Source: an uncultured Acidobacteriota bacterium (GTDB taxonomy: Bacteria; Acidobacteriota; Vicinamibacteria; Fen-336). From it: 64,000 nucleotides of DNA. A model generated the notes under the pieces. The model was not told the origin of the DNA and searched no databases. It saw only the letters and a program-made list of their open reading frames with translations. The stretch spans positions 3,712,001 through 3,776,000 of the forward strand of contig OY970399.1 of NCBI GenBank assembly GCA_963720545.1, given 5' to 3'. Both the position numbers and the translations under genes were made by a program. Positions 22,436 through 32,835 of the stretch are shown piece by piece (within the stretch, counting starts at the first letter, position 1; the number at the start of each line of letters is the position of its first letter).

Positions 22436-23077
22436 ATGCACCTGACGAAAGGCCGCAGCGCTGTCCCCGAACGCGGGTTCTCCCTCGTCGAGCTCATCGT
22501 CGTCGTCTCGATCATTTGCATCGTCGCCGGGGTCATGGTTCCGCAGATTCTCACCTACATGCGCAACTACGAGATCCAGGCGGCCGCCCAGGAAGTGGCG
22601 TCGAGCATCCAGACGGCGCGCATGAAGGCGGTCGCCAAGAACGTCAACCTCGGCGTCATGTTTGAGGTGCGCGACGACCGCAACTACGGGTGGGTAGTCG
22701 AGGACGACTTCGACACGGTGACCGTGCCGAACTGGACCACTGTCGCGGACGAGGCCGACTTGTTCCTGCCCGCCGGCGGACAGTCGCCGACGCTCTTGAG
22801 CCTGCCGACCGCGGTTGTGTTCGACCCTCCAGACGAATGCCAGGCGATCGGTGCGGCAGATCGGTACGGCCTTCGTTTCAACCGGCTCGGCAGTGCGTGT
22901 GCCATCGGAGCCACCGGTTGCGCGGTTCCCGGCGGCGCAGCCGCGCCGGACCCGTTCATCAACTCCGCGGCAGCGGGTTTCAACATCTGTTTGCGCCACA
23001 CGCGCACGGGACTACGTCGGCTGCTGACTATCAGCCAGAGCGGCCGCGTCACCTCGCGGCCGATTGGAGGCGCCTGA
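22436..23077 (+). CDS. fimU: Minor pilin, FimT/FimU type
   Basis: RG|FSLVELIVVVSII, ASSIQTARMKAV, C-terminal LTISQSGRV. Confidence 0.82.
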   Translation: MHLTKGRSAVPERGFSLVELIVVVSIICIVAGVMVPQILTYMRNYEIQAAAQEVASSIQTARMKAVAKNVNLGVMFEVRDDRNYGWVVEDDFDTVTVPNWTTVADEADLFLPAGGQSPTLLSLPTAVVFDPPDECQAIGAADRYGLRFNRLGSACAIGATGCAVPGGAAAPDPFINSAAAGFNICLRHTRTGLRRLLTISQSGRVTSRPIGGA

Positions 23078-23583
23078 TGCGCGACGAAAGCGGATTCACC
23101 CTGGTCGAGGCGCTCGTTGCCATCCTCATCTTCGCGGTCGGCTTGATGGCAGTGAGCAACCTCATGCTGGTCGCGGCATCCTCGAACGTCGCTGCCAATT
23201 TTTCGTCGGCGGCAACCGCAGCGGCTGTCGAGCGTCTCGACATGCTGAAGAGCACGACGTACGAAAAGCTGGTCGAGGGCGAAGGCGGCAGCACCACAGC
23301 CGACGTCGGTGCGACGCTTGCGTGCGACTTCGACTCCGACCCGGCGGACGGCATCTACAACTGCAACCACGACGTCCCCGGCGTCGGCCAGATCCACGTG
23401 CGCTGGGCGATCGACGGCATGCTGCCTGGGCTCGACGGGCAGCCTACGGCGATGCGCATCACCGTCAGCGCGCAGGGCAACTCTCCGCTCACCGGCCCGC
23501 GCTCGCGCGCTCAATTCACCACCATCCGCTCGTGCACCAACTATCAGGCGGATCGGTTTCCCGCAACGTGTCCGGTTCAATGA
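23077..23583 (+). CDS. pilV: Minor pilin, PilV type
   Basis: SG|FTLVEALVAILIFAVGLMAV...ATAAAVERLDML. Confidence 0.82.
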   Translation: MRDESGFTLVEALVAILIFAVGLMAVSNLMLVAASSNVAANFSSAATAAAVERLDMLKSTTYEKLVEGEGGSTTADVGATLACDFDSDPADGIYNCNHDVPGVGQIHVRWAIDGMLPGLDGQPTAMRITVSAQGNSPLTGPRSRAQFTTIRSCTNYQADRFPATCPVQ

Positions 23584-24683
23584 GGACGGCAATGAAGAGC
23601 ACGGCAGGGGAGTCGGGTTTCTCGATGGTCGAGCTGATGATCGCTCTGGTCGTCACCACCATCGTCACCGGTGCCATGTACGGCTTGATGGCGGGAGGGC
23701 AGAGCGCCTTCCGCCGCGAACCCGAGCTGATCGACCGCCAACAGAACATTCGCAACGCAATGTCGATGATCGAGGAAGACCTGCGCACCGCCGGCTTCGG
23801 CATGCCGGCATTCACGCAGGTGTTCACCGCCGGCCTGGACAATCTCGCAACGACACTGCCTTCGATCATCACGCCCGGCGAACGTACGGATGGGCTCGAG
23901 TTCCTTGCTGGCGACTGGAACTGTCCAGCAATACCGCTGTGCGCGTTCGACACCGCTCCCGATCCGATGGCCCTCAAAGTGCCGGTCGATTCCGTCTGCC
24001 TGCCACGTGCCGGAGCGCCGGGACTGCTCCTGATGACGAGCGTCAACGATGTCAGGAAGCCGGTACCCGGCATCGACGCGAGCCTCATCGTGGGCAGTGC
24101 CAGCCGCGTGGCGCTCGCTGCGGCACCCGCCGCCTGTGTCGGGGCCGCCCAGTTCACCCTTTTCAAGAATCAGGGCCCAGCCGCCTGGCACCCCGGCCTC
24201 GGTGGGATCACGCGCTACATGGTCTTGCCGGTGCGCGCGGTCAAGTATCAGATCGCGATGGATCCGGCGGAAGCGAACGGCCTTCCGAAGCTCTGGCGCA
24301 GCGTGACCGGCGGTCGCACGGCGGCCAGCAACTACGCCACGTCCGTGGCGCCGGGGCTGGATGCCACCTGGCAGATCGTCGCTGAGGGGGTCGAGGACCT
24401 GCAGGTTCAGTACATGTCCGGGCCGATCGTCGACCCCGACCCGCCTGTATGGGGACACGAGCCGACGCCGATTCTCGCCGGCAACGGACAGAGCCTGACG
24501 CGCCGCATTCGGGTCTCGCTTTCCGCGCGCGCGGCAACGATGGGGCAGGGCGGACTTGGGCGCGGCAGCGGCAACGCCGCGGTGCCGCTCGCCACCGATG
24601 ACATCAAGCGCGGGCAGCTCACCTCGATCGTGACGCCGCGACAGATCGTATTCGCCCTGGAGGCAACCGATGCGCTTCGATAA
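23580..24683 (+). CDS. pilW: Minor pilin, PilW type
   Basis: SG|FSMVELMIALVV, QQNIRNAMSMIEEDLRTAGF, VAEGVEDLQVQY, IRVSLSAR. Confidence 0.87.
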   Translation: MRTAMKSTAGESGFSMVELMIALVVTTIVTGAMYGLMAGGQSAFRREPELIDRQQNIRNAMSMIEEDLRTAGFGMPAFTQVFTAGLDNLATTLPSIITPGERTDGLEFLAGDWNCPAIPLCAFDTAPDPMALKVPVDSVCLPRAGAPGLLLMTSVNDVRKPVPGIDASLIVGSASRVALAAAPAACVGAAQFTLFKNQGPAAWHPGLGGITRYMVLPVRAVKYQIAMDPAEANGLPKLWRSVTGGRTAASNYATSVAPGLDATWQIVAEGVEDLQVQYMSGPIVDPDPPVWGHEPTPILAGNGQSLTRRIRVSLSARAATMGQGGLGRGSGNAAVPLATDDIKRGQLTSIVTPRQIVFALEATDALR

Positions 24684-25509
24684 CCGCCGCGGCGAACACG
24701 GGTTCGCTTTGATCCTCGCGCTTCTCACGCTGATGCTGCTGACATTCCTGGGGTTGACGCTCGCGGCCACCACTTCGTCCGAATTGCAGATCGCGTCCAA
24801 CCAGCGCTGGGCGGCGCAGGCCTACTACAACGCCGAAGCCGGCATCGAAGCCGCCAAGATCGCGCTCAAGAACTACACGGGGTCGCTCGATCTCATCCCG
24901 TTGCTGCCGAATGCTCGCGGGGCCTGGGTGCCGAATCCCCTCACCACCGTGGCGCTGCCGGCGCACCCGAACGGCTGGTCCGATACCACCGATTCGTGGG
25001 GCCTGCCGCTGCGAAACTGGGAGAACAGCACCTGCGACACGCTTGGCGGCAACGTCGGCTATGGCACCATCCTCGTGGCGCGGCCAAGCGTCGATGTCAA
25101 CCTCGATGCCGGCGGCGCGCCGCTGCAGTACGTCACGCAGGTCGGCGACCTGCCTCTGCAGGGAGCGTTCACGGTCTGGGTGCGCCGTGCGCCGGTCATC
25201 AACCCCGACGGCAGCGTCAGCGATGACACCAGCAACACCGAGGCTCTCGTCACATCCGAGGGGGTGGCGCCGTATTCCGGGGCATCCGCGGGGTCTGCAT
25301 TTGCACTGCGCAACCGTGCGGTGCGCGTGCTGCAGGCAAAGCTGAGCATCCTGGCGGAGCCGCCGTGCGAGGCGCAGCGCGGCCAGATCGGCATGTCGTC
25401 TACGGGATCAGGCTTCAGCCCGTGCTCGCTGCTCACGAGCAGCGCGCTCGCCGACGAGTTTGGCGGCGGTGTCAACGGTCCCGCCGGTTTCGGCGTGGCA
25501 GCACGGTAA
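24670..25509 (+). CDS. pilX: Minor pilin, PilX type
   Basis: HG|FALILALLTLMLLTFLG (no Glu5, as expected for PilX), QAYYNAEAGIE. Confidence 0.87.
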   Translation: MRFDNRRGEHGFALILALLTLMLLTFLGLTLAATTSSELQIASNQRWAAQAYYNAEAGIEAAKIALKNYTGSLDLIPLLPNARGAWVPNPLTTVALPAHPNGWSDTTDSWGLPLRNWENSTCDTLGGNVGYGTILVARPSVDVNLDAGGAPLQYVTQVGDLPLQGAFTVWVRRAPVINPDGSVSDDTSNTEALVTSEGVAPYSGASAGSAFALRNRAVRVLQAKLSILAEPPCEAQRGQIGMSSTGSGFSPCSLLTSSALADEFGGGVNGPAGFGVAAR

Positions 25510-25527
25510 CGGGTAACAGGACTTCAG

Positions 25528-28500
25528 GTGGAAAAAGCCATGAATGCGACACGTCGGGCACGGTTCTTCGGTGGAGTGGCCGTCCTGGGGGCGTTGGCGC
25601 TCGTCTGCGGCGACCGCCCGCTGCGCGCGCTGCCGGCAAACGTTGGCATCGACCCGCTCGAGGTTCTCGACCTGCAGATCAAGCCGAACGTGCTCATCGT
25701 TCTCGATAGCTCGGGATCGATGACCGAGACGCCCTACAGCACGCCTGTGCTGTCGGGACAGATCGCCGGCGACTATCAGCGGTCGAAGATGTTTCTGGCG
25801 AAGGATGTTCTGAACCAGGTCATTGCCGCCAATATCGATAGCGCCAGCTTCATGCTCGCCCAATACAAGCAGTCGGGCAGCCGCTTGACGGAACAGGCAC
25901 CTGTTATAAACAGCACAACGGCCAACCGTTTCACGTACACGACCGAGAGCTGGGCCGGCGCGGCGTTGCCGCAGGGACCCGGCCAGTCGATGGCGACCAC
26001 CGACCTGACGGTCAGTCCCTTGTACGCATTTCAGAACATCCAGGCCGGGTGGAACACCCTGCGCTACCAGGAGAACAACGGCGGGACGACCGTCACCTGC
26101 ACGGCCACCGTTGCGACAGGCTTCTACCCCCAGACAGGCACCCTGCTCGCGACTGCTATCCAGACCGCGATGAACGCGGCAACTTGCACAGGTGGCACGC
26201 GCGCGAATACCTATAACGTCACCTACACGGGCAGCACCTTTTCTTTCGCGCGAGCGACGGCTTCGTGCTCGCCTGCCACCTGCGGGACCAGGCAATTCCG
26301 GCTGGTGTGGTCGTCCGCGCTCTCGACGATCCGCGCGGTCCTGCGCGCGCCCAGCAATGCGCCCGCGCCGGCCTGGAACACGAACCCCAACCCGCCGGCC
26401 GCTCAGGTGTTCGTGGACCAGGGTCTTGGCAACGGTCCCTTCGTGACAGCCGATGCCCGGATCATGCTGCTGACCCGGGCGAGCGCCGACTCTTTCATCC
26501 AGACGTACGATCCGGACGGTGCGGCGGGCGCGAGCCCGTCGCGCGACGTGCGCCACTACCTCCTGCGCGCCAATCGCCTGTGGAACGGGCAGACCGTTTC
26601 GGTGGTGGCGACGACGGGGCTGGTTTGCGGAATCTCCAACCTCCCGGGACCTGCTAGCGCGCCGACAGTGCCCTTCGTCCGGCTGCAGCAGGTGGCCGCG
26701 TGTGGCGGCGCCACCGTGGGAGCGCCGGTGACGTTCTACTACGCTGGCGGCAACTTCACGGGCAACCAGCAGTGCGTCGACAACGCCGCGGACAATGCGG
26801 ACCAGCTGGACGTGCACCTCAACCGTTGTGACGACCCGGACACCACGCTGCAACTCGCCGCGGTCCAGACCTCGCTGCGTCCCGAGCTGGTGTTGAGTGG
26901 CAGCAGCATCGCCGGCTATAGCGAATCCAACGACGGCGTCTATATGGGCATCACAGCCCCGACCGTGGGCGGAATTCCCGCCCAGGGCAACACCCCTATT
27001 GCCGGGTCGTTGAAGCGCCTCAAGGATCGCTTTGATGTGATGTGGGCTAACGACCAGACGCCGGGAACGCTGCAGCTCCCGACCGACACGCTGGTGGTTC
27101 CCGCGCCAGCCTCACGCTACGACATCGACGCAATCAGCACGCACAACAATCCGAAGGAGCCGACCATCGTCATCTTCGTGACGGACGGCGACGACACCTG
27201 CGCCATCGAGTCCGGGTCGACTAACAACAACGCGCTGGCGGCCGCCTGGCAGGCTCAGCGTCTTTACACGCCAATTGTCGGCTCGTTGCAGGCCAACGGT
27301 CAGTACGCCGCCAACACCGATACGGCGTCATCGGTCACCACTTACGTCATCGGCTTTGGCAGCGGCGCCTCGGTGACACGCCTCAACTGGATCGCGTGGG
27401 GCGGCAGCGGCATGCAGCGACCCACGACCACGCAGAATCACTACAACCGCGTACCGACCGACACCGTGACTCGCTGGCAGAGCGCACCCGCGTCGGCGAT
27501 CGCCGGCGGCTGTGTGACGTGTCGGGACGCCCTGGTGGCACCCGACGCCGACTCTCTCAAGGCCGTGCTCTTCTCGATCATCAACCAGGGCGCGAAGCAG
27601 GGCGCGTTCGCGGCGCAGCAGTCGGTCGCCGACTCCGTGTTCGAGTACGTCGACGAAGTGACGAAGCCTGCCAACCAGGACGCGCTCGATCCGCGCAACC
27701 CCGACAACCGCTTCCAGGGCGTCGTGCCGGTGCGCTTCGAGAGCAGCTTCACGCTGCCGGGCTTCGAAGGCCACCTCCGCGCCATCACCGCGAGCGACGA
27801 CGGCTTGACGGGCGTCACTCGCTGGGACGCCGGCCGCAAGCTGAAGCGCAACATCATCGCCGGTATGAAGACCTGCACCGCGGCACAAACCGGCACGTGC
27901 ACCTATCCGCAGTTGCACGCGGGCGCCACCGACGTCAACGTCTCGACCTCGAGCGCGGCCATCAAGCGCCGGATCTACACGACAGGCCGCAACGGCGTGT
28001 TCACCACGACCGTCGACAACCTCACCGACGTCAACTTCGTGCGCGGCACCGGCCAAACGGCGACCGACAGGCGCCGGACGCTGTGGCCGCCGGAGGCCTT
28101 CGTAACCGCCGGTTCGCTCGACGGTCCGCTCGGCATCGCCAGCCTGACGATCACCCAGTTGCAGGCGACACCCTACTTCGCCTGCCAGGGTACGCCGCTA
28201 CTGGCAGCGGGCTGCGGCAGCGGCACGGCAGCGACCAAGCTGACCGCGGCGCGGAAGGAAGCGCGCGAGATGATCCTCGCGTACCTCGCGGGCGCCGAGG
28301 TCGAGCGCGACAACGTCGGGTTCCCGCTGCGCATCACCGTCGCGGCCGCGGGCCAGGCGGTCAGCGACATTCGCTACAAGGTGCGTTCGTGGCCATTGAA
28401 CGAGTCGACCTTGTCTACACCGGCCGTAGTCGCGCCGCCGCTGCTCGCCGAGCCGGGCCTGGCAGTGGCCGAATACACGCTGTTCCGCGATGGCGCCAAG

Positions 28501-30342
28501 AACACCGTGACCCAGAACCTCGCCGACGCCGTCGAGCAGGGATTTGGCCTGCGCAACCCCGACCGCGACTCGACGGCCACGATTCCGGCCGGCAGCACCA
28601 CGCATGGCGTCGACACCCGGGCGACGCAGAAGCCCCCCATGACAACCGTTTTCGTTGGGGCCAACGACATGCTGCACGCCTTCCGCGCCGGCCCCAACTG
28701 CGCGGCTGGCGGGTTGATCGACGCCTCGGCGTCGGTTGACCTGAATGCCGTGCAGCCGACCATGCCGGCCGGCTGCAGCGAACTGGGCGGCGAAGAGTTG
28801 TGGGGTTTCGTGCCCTACGACCAGCTCGCCAAGGTGAAGGACCTCCTGATTCCCGTGACGCGCGATCCGCACACCTACATGATCGCCTCCTCGATACGGT
28901 TCGCCGACGTGTTCGTCCCCGGCAACTTCAGCAAGTCGATCGGCGGCGTCACCTTCGCCGGCACCGGCGTCTGGCGCAAGGTGCTCTACTTCGGCCGCGG
29001 CGCGGCCGGCAGGTCCCTCACGGCACTGGACGTGACGGCCACTGGGCCGTTCACGAAGAAAGCACTCACCACCAACGGCCCCATCACGCTGTGGAGCCGC
29101 GGCAATCCCGACACCAACGACGGTACTGTCGGCGGCACGAAGAACAACAACAACGCCGACTACAACGCCTACCTGCGGATGGGACAGACCTGGTCGGTAC
29201 CGTCGATCGCCTGGACCGACCGCGCTTACAACGTGACCCCGCGCGTCGGCGAATTCGACTTCGTCGCCTACGTCGGTTCGGGCTTCAGCGACACCTGCCC
29301 GGCGCCCTCGGTGGGCTCGTGTTCGGAAGGCAAGGCCCTCTACACGCTCGACGCGCTCACCGGCGACGTGGTGGCGGCCACGGCCGACGTGACCACGCGC
29401 GGCGGCATCAGCGCCTACCAGAACGCGATCGTCGCGCCGCCTTCGGCCTTCAGCGTCGACACCACCAGCTTCTCGGCGGCAGAGGACGGCGGACATCCGT
29501 CGAAGGGCATGGTCACGCGGGTCTACTTCGGCGACCTGCACGGCTTCACCTGGAAGGTGAACTCCGCGAACCCGGGCACCCTTATCCTTCTCGAAGACCT
29601 GCAGTCGGGGGCCGGCCTTTCGAACCAGCCGCAGCCGGTCACGACCGGCGCCGCCCTGATCAACCTGCCTGCGACCGGTTCCTCGAGCCCGCGGCCGCAC
29701 ATCTACTTCGAGTCGGGCAACCTGAAGCTTGGCAACCCGGTCGTGCCGACCAACAAGTTCCAGATGTTCGGCATCGTGGACAACCAGGTGTCGGATACCA
29801 GCAGCACGCCCGACAGCGACATCCTGCCGGGCTTCCCGATCAACTTCGACCCCTCCGGGCAGAACTCGAAGATTCCGCCGTTCCGCGGCACGGCACAGCC
29901 GACGACCGTGTTCGAGCGCGACCCGAACAACACGGTCACCGGCCTGGGCCGCGTGTTCTTCACCGGCACGCGCTTCAACCCGCCGGGCAGCCCCGAGGCG
30001 CCGGATCCGTTCCCGTGCCGTTCGAGCTTCGACAGCGTCGTCTACGTGGTCGGCGCCGAGACCGGTGTCGCGGCCTTCGACCTGAGCGCGGTGCCGAACG
30101 GCGGCTCGAACGACCAGTACGTCGTCTTCAAGGACAGCCGCCTGCTCGGTGTGCAGCTGGCACCAGACGTGCGCAGCACCAACGCGAGCGCCACCACCGT
30201 GCGCCTCGACGAGGGGCTGGTGAAGACCGACGCCACGGGCGAGCCGATCGTCAAGGCGCCGGCCCCCAAGGGCATCCAGCCCATCAACGTCGCGCGCGTC
30301 TCCACCGAAGGGGCGTTCAGCGCGTCGACCATCTGCCAGTGA
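25528..30342 (+). CDS. pilY1: PilY1 pilus tip adhesin (split vWA domain plus C-terminal beta-propeller), 1604 aa
   Basis: PNVLIVLDSSGSM (MIDAS), GNTPIA, VIFVTDG, TYVIGFG; propeller motifs VFVGANDMLHAF, ELWGFVP, GQTWSVP, VYFGDLHG. Confidence 0.9.
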   Translation: MEKAMNATRRARFFGGVAVLGALALVCGDRPLRALPANVGIDPLEVLDLQIKPNVLIVLDSSGSMTETPYSTPVLSGQIAGDYQRSKMFLAKDVLNQVIAANIDSASFMLAQYKQSGSRLTEQAPVINSTTANRFTYTTESWAGAALPQGPGQSMATTDLTVSPLYAFQNIQAGWNTLRYQENNGGTTVTCTATVATGFYPQTGTLLATAIQTAMNAATCTGGTRANTYNVTYTGSTFSFARATASCSPATCGTRQFRLVWSSALSTIRAVLRAPSNAPAPAWNTNPNPPAAQVFVDQGLGNGPFVTADARIMLLTRASADSFIQTYDPDGAAGASPSRDVRHYLLRANRLWNGQTVSVVATTGLVCGISNLPGPASAPTVPFVRLQQVAACGGATVGAPVTFYYAGGNFTGNQQCVDNAADNADQLDVHLNRCDDPDTTLQLAAVQTSLRPELVLSGSSIAGYSESNDGVYMGITAPTVGGIPAQGNTPIAGSLKRLKDRFDVMWANDQTPGTLQLPTDTLVVPAPASRYDIDAISTHNNPKEPTIVIFVTDGDDTCAIESGSTNNNALAAAWQAQRLYTPIVGSLQANGQYAANTDTASSVTTYVIGFGSGASVTRLNWIAWGGSGMQRPTTTQNHYNRVPTDTVTRWQSAPASAIAGGCVTCRDALVAPDADSLKAVLFSIINQGAKQGAFAAQQSVADSVFEYVDEVTKPANQDALDPRNPDNRFQGVVPVRFESSFTLPGFEGHLRAITASDDGLTGVTRWDAGRKLKRNIIAGMKTCTAAQTGTCTYPQLHAGATDVNVSTSSAAIKRRIYTTGRNGVFTTTVDNLTDVNFVRGTGQTATDRRRTLWPPEAFVTAGSLDGPLGIASLTITQLQATPYFACQGTPLLAAGCGSGTAATKLTAARKEAREMILAYLAGAEVERDNVGFPLRITVAAAGQAVSDIRYKVRSWPLNESTLSTPAVVAPPLLAEPGLAVAEYTLFRDGAKNTVTQNLADAVEQGFGLRNPDRDSTATIPAGSTTHGVDTRATQKPPMTTVFVGANDMLHAFRAGPNCAAGGLIDASASVDLNAVQPTMPAGCSELGGEELWGFVPYDQLAKVKDLLIPVTRDPHTYMIASSIRFADVFVPGNFSKSIGGVTFAGTGVWRKVLYFGRGAAGRSLTALDVTATGPFTKKALTTNGPITLWSRGNPDTNDGTVGGTKNNNNADYNAYLRMGQTWSVPSIAWTDRAYNVTPRVGEFDFVAYVGSGFSDTCPAPSVGSCSEGKALYTLDALTGDVVAATADVTTRGGISAYQNAIVAPPSAFSVDTTSFSAAEDGGHPSKGMVTRVYFGDLHGFTWKVNSANPGTLILLEDLQSGAGLSNQPQPVTTGAALINLPATGSSSPRPHIYFESGNLKLGNPVVPTNKFQMFGIVDNQVSDTSSTPDSDILPGFPINFDPSGQNSKIPPFRGTAQPTTVFERDPNNTVTGLGRVFFTGTRFNPPGSPEAPDPFPCRSSFDSVVYVVGAETGVAAFDLSAVPNGGSNDQYVVFKDSRLLGVQLAPDVRSTNASATTVRLDEGLVKTDATGEPIVKAPAPKGIQPINVARVSTEGAFSASTICQ

Positions 30343-30358
30343 CGTAACGCCGGTCACT

Positions 30359-30383
30359 CGCCGCGCCCATTCGGGGCGCGGCG
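30359..30383 (+). terminator. GC-rich hairpin after pilY1 (weak U-tract; terminator or stabilising stem)
   Basis: CGCCGCGCCC-ATTCG-GGGCGCGGCG, a perfect 10-bp stem. Confidence 0.5.
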
Positions 30384-30423
30384 GGCTTCACCGGCGCCTC
30401 GGAGCGGTGTACCCTTTCGCGAT

Positions 30424-31446
30424 ATGGCGGGTCCGGTGTTCGTCCCCTGCGAAGCCTGCGGTGCCCGCAACACCCCGCAGCGCGCCCGCTGCGCTCGCTG
30501 CGGCGAGCTGCTGCGGCGCACCGTCAGTGCCGCCGCCGGCTCCCGCAGCGACGCCGAACCGGGCCAGGCGTCCTTCAAGTGGCTGGGGTTCGCCGTGGCC
30601 GCGTTCCTGGCTCTTGCCGTCGGCTGGTACGCCGTGCGCCGGACGCAGCCGGAGCCAAAGCCCGACTCGAGCCTGTTCAACGCTCCAGGGGCCGATGCGA
30701 CGTCTGTCGGTGGGCGCCAGGAGGTAGACCCGGCCGCCGCCGCGCGGAACGCCGATTACCGCGAAGGCGAGAAGCAGCTGCGCGCCGGCAACTTCGCGGG
30801 CGCCGTCGGCTTCCTGCGCCGCGCGGTGGACGCGGAACCGGGAAACGCCCTCTACCGCGTGCGACTCGGGGATGCGCTGCGTGGCGACGGCAACCTCGAC
30901 GACGCGCGCCGCGAATACGAGGCCGTGCTTGCGGCCGACCCCAACCGCCTCGATGCCAACCGCCAGCTGGGTACGCTCCTCTCTGCATCCTCCTCGCCGG
31001 CCGGGGCGCTGCCGTACCTGCAGGCCGCCGCTGCCGGCAAGCCCGACGACCTCGAGATCGTCCAGGAAATCGGCTGGGTGCAGGAGCGCACCGGCGACCG
31101 CGACGCCGCGGCCGCCACCTACCGCGACGTGATCGCGAAGTTTCCCGAAGCCGACGTGACCCGCTCGCGCCTTGCCGAGGTGCTGGTGAAGGACGGGCAC
31201 ACGGAGGAGGCGATCGCCGTCCTCGGCCAGGGGCTCGCGCACACGCCCAACGTGCCGCGGCTGCACCGCGACCTCGGCTTCGCGCTGGAGCACACCGACC
31301 GCTCCCGCGACGCTGCCGAGTCGTACCGCGCCTACCTGCGCCTTGCGCCGAACGCCGGCGATGCCGCCGAGATCGCGCGGCGCGCCGACCTGCTCGAGAA
31401 GAAGGCAGCGGCGCAGCCGCCCGCGTCCCCGCAGCCGCCGTCGTAA
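30424..31446 (+). CDS. Zinc-ribbon / TM / TPR-repeat protein
   Basis: CEACG...CARCG, one TM, multiple TPR helices. Confidence 0.8.
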   Translation: MAGPVFVPCEACGARNTPQRARCARCGELLRRTVSAAAGSRSDAEPGQASFKWLGFAVAAFLALAVGWYAVRRTQPEPKPDSSLFNAPGADATSVGGRQEVDPAAAARNADYREGEKQLRAGNFAGAVGFLRRAVDAEPGNALYRVRLGDALRGDGNLDDARREYEAVLAADPNRLDANRQLGTLLSASSSPAGALPYLQAAAAGKPDDLEIVQEIGWVQERTGDRDAAAATYRDVIAKFPEADVTRSRLAEVLVKDGHTEEAIAVLGQGLAHTPNVPRLHRDLGFALEHTDRSRDAAESYRAYLRLAPNAGDAAEIARRADLLEKKAAAQPPASPQPPS

Positions 31447-31455
31447 GATCGCCGC

Positions 31456-32831
<1,376 letters not shown>

Positions 32832-32835
<4 letters not shown>

